Below, one piece after another: positions 62,482 through 64,000 of a stretch of 64,000 bases of DNA. Source of the stretch: an uncultured bacterium. Its GTDB lineage: Bacteria > Desulfobacterota_D > UBA1144 > Nemesobacterales > UBA2774. Position 1 is the stretch's first letter, and every line of letters starts with the position of its first letter. The DNA lies in NCBI GenBank assembly GCA_963825135.1, contig CAWGRW010000009.1:1664001-1728000 (forward strand), in the 5' to 3' direction. The notes under the pieces were generated by a model that saw nothing but the letters and a program-made list of their open reading frames with translations, searched no databases and had not been told where the DNA came from. The position numbers were made by a program, and so were the translations under genes.

Positions 62482-64000
62482 ATGTCTCAAGATAAAAAGG
62501 GCGGTATCAAGAGAAGGGATTTCCTAAAGATCATAGGAGTAGCCGGAGGCACGGCCGCTGTGGCCGGGGCCTGCTCCAATCCGGCCGAGCAGATAATCCC
62601 TTATGTGATCCCGCCTGAGGGAATTATTCCGGGGGTTCCTAATTGGTACGCCAGCACCTGCAGGGAATGTCCTGCGGGCTGCGGAATCCTCGTGAAGAAC
62701 CGCGAGGGGAGAGCGATTAAGATTGAGGGGAATCCCCTGAATCCGATTAACAAGGGGGGGAGCTGCGCGCAGGGTCAGGCTATGCTCCAGGGTCTATATA
62801 ACCCGGACCGCATACGTTCCCCGCTCGTCAGAAACGACCTCGGAAGGCTCGAGCCGCAGGGCTGGGACAACGCCCAGAAGATGCTGGCGGAAAAGATCGA
62901 AGAGGTCAGAAAAAAGGGCGGCAGCGGGAATATAGTTTTCCTGTCCGACCACAATGAAGGGACTCTCGGGAATCTCATAGGCGACTGGATGGCCGCGCTA
63001 GGCGGAAAACACATCACTTACGAGGCTTTCTCGTACGAGCCCCTGAAAGAAGCAAACCGTATCGTATTCGGAATAGATAAAATACCTACATACAACATCG
63101 ATAAGTCGAAGTACCTGCTGTCGTTCGGCGCCGATTTCCTGGAAACATGGCTGTCGCCGACGTTATATACGACACAGTTCAGCGAGATGCACGGCATTAA
63201 GGACAAATCCATGGGGAAATTCGTGTACGTGGATCCGAGGGCGGGGCTTACGGGCGTAAACGCGGACGAATGGATTTCCATAAAGCCCGGGACAGAAGCA
63301 GTCCTCGCGCTTGGGATAGCGAACGTAATCGTCAGCGAGGGCATGTCCGCAAACGGCGGCGGCGGTTTCGCTGGGCTCCTCAGCGGTTATACCGTCGATC
63401 AGGTTTCTGCGGTGACCGATGTGCCGGCGGATACGATTAAAGAGATAGCGAAGGAATTCTCGGCCATGCAGCCGAGTCTTGCTATCGGCGGCGGCATCGC
63501 CAACACGTCGACGAATGCCACGGAAACACTCGTAGCGATAAATATCCTCAATTATGTGGCCGGGAACGTAGGACAGACAATCGATTTCGGAAATACCCTT
63601 ACACTATCAAATGTAAGCTCCTTCAAGGAGATATCATCGCTTGTGGACTCGATGTCCAAAGGGCAGGTCGACCTCTTATTCATATACAATGTGAATCCTG
63701 TATTCACACTTCCGAAAACGCTCGGATTTGAAGATGCCCTCGGCAAGGTCCCATATGTCGTGAGCTTTTCGAGCTTCACGGACGAGACGACCGATAAGGC
63801 CAATATGGTGCTCCCCGACAACACTCCTCTCGAATCCTGGGGGGACTTCATACCGGATGAAAGGGTTCACGGTCTGGTACAGCCCGTGATGACGCCCGTT
63901 TTCAATACAAAGGGCACGGGGGACGTAATTCTAGCCGTAACCGCGCAGTTGGAAGGCCTGAAAGGCAGATATACGCAGGTCTCGTATTACGATTACCTGA
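62482..64000 (+). CDS. Tat-exported molybdopterin-oxidoreductase-like subunit (ActB/QrcB-like), runs off the window
   Basis: GGAGGAGG RBS; MSQDKKGGIKRRDFLK, IIPYVIPPE..IPG, CRECPAGC, EGRAIKIEGNP, LYNPDR; follows the pentaheme cytochrome. Confidence 0.88.
   Translation, partial: MSQDKKGGIKRRDFLKIIGVAGGTAAVAGACSNPAEQIIPYVIPPEGIIPGVPNWYASTCRECPAGCGILVKNREGRAIKIEGNPLNPINKGGSCAQGQAMLQGLYNPDRIRSPLVRNDLGRLEPQGWDNAQKMLAEKIEEVRKKGGSGNIVFLSDHNEGTLGNLIGDWMAALGGKHITYEAFSYEPLKEANRIVFGIDKIPTYNIDKSKYLLSFGADFLETWLSPTLYTTQFSEMHGIKDKSMGKFVYVDPRAGLTGVNADEWISIKPGTEAVLALGIANVIVSEGMSANGGGGFAGLLSGYTVDQVSAVTDVPADTIKEIAKEFSAMQPSLAIGGGIANTSTNATETLVAINILNYVAGNVGQTIDFGNTLTLSNVSSFKEISSLVDSMSKGQVDLLFIYNVNPVFTLPKTLGFEDALGKVPYVVSFSSFTDETTDKANMVLPDNTPLESWGDFIPDERVHGLVQPVMTPVFNTKGTGDVILAVTAQLEGLKGRYTQVSYYDYL

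Noticed and set aside
1..64000. CRISPR array, cas genes, integrase, transposase or prophage
   Set aside because: No regularly spaced repeats or recognisable motifs seen by eye

Overview
A 64-kb bacterial chromosomal window. The gene content (pilMNOPQ, split acyl-CoA mutase, ActA/ActB-type complex, GC-TM-RRR sorting tail) suggests a deltaproteobacteria-like lineage; the taxonomy is inference only. In order: (1) a heavily frameshifted arylsulfatase / beta-barrel / arylsulfatase / HAD cluster and an intact octaheme-TPR gene; (2) an XRE regulator operon; (3) a sigma70 promoter and c-di-GMP-I (GEMM-I) riboswitch ahead of pilMNOPQ and two acidic lipoproteins; (4) a hicB/hicA module bracketed by a duplicated ~77-bp promoter segment; (5) an isobutyryl-CoA-mutase-type B12 enzyme pair and RNase R; (6) a 13-kb minus-strand cluster of five Ser/Thr-nucleophile alkaline-phosphatase-superfamily enzymes, a small RHH-like protein, a DUF106/EMC3-like membrane protein and a surface subtilase, with recurring terminal Tyr motifs; (7) tRNA-Ser, JAB-DinG, SDR, mtgA, gyrA, GST, tRNA-Gly, proB, mltG; (8) a MoxR/RavA AAA+ ORF joined to a VWA ORF by a -1 shift at an A11G run; (9) housekeeping, copper and redox genes and the start of an alternative-complex-III-like operon. 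The strongest candidates for new biology are the cluster at 24-37 kb (a possible Tyr-carrier group-transfer relay across the membrane) and the AAA+/VWA programmed frameshift. Family assignments come from motif recognition only; no database searches were run.
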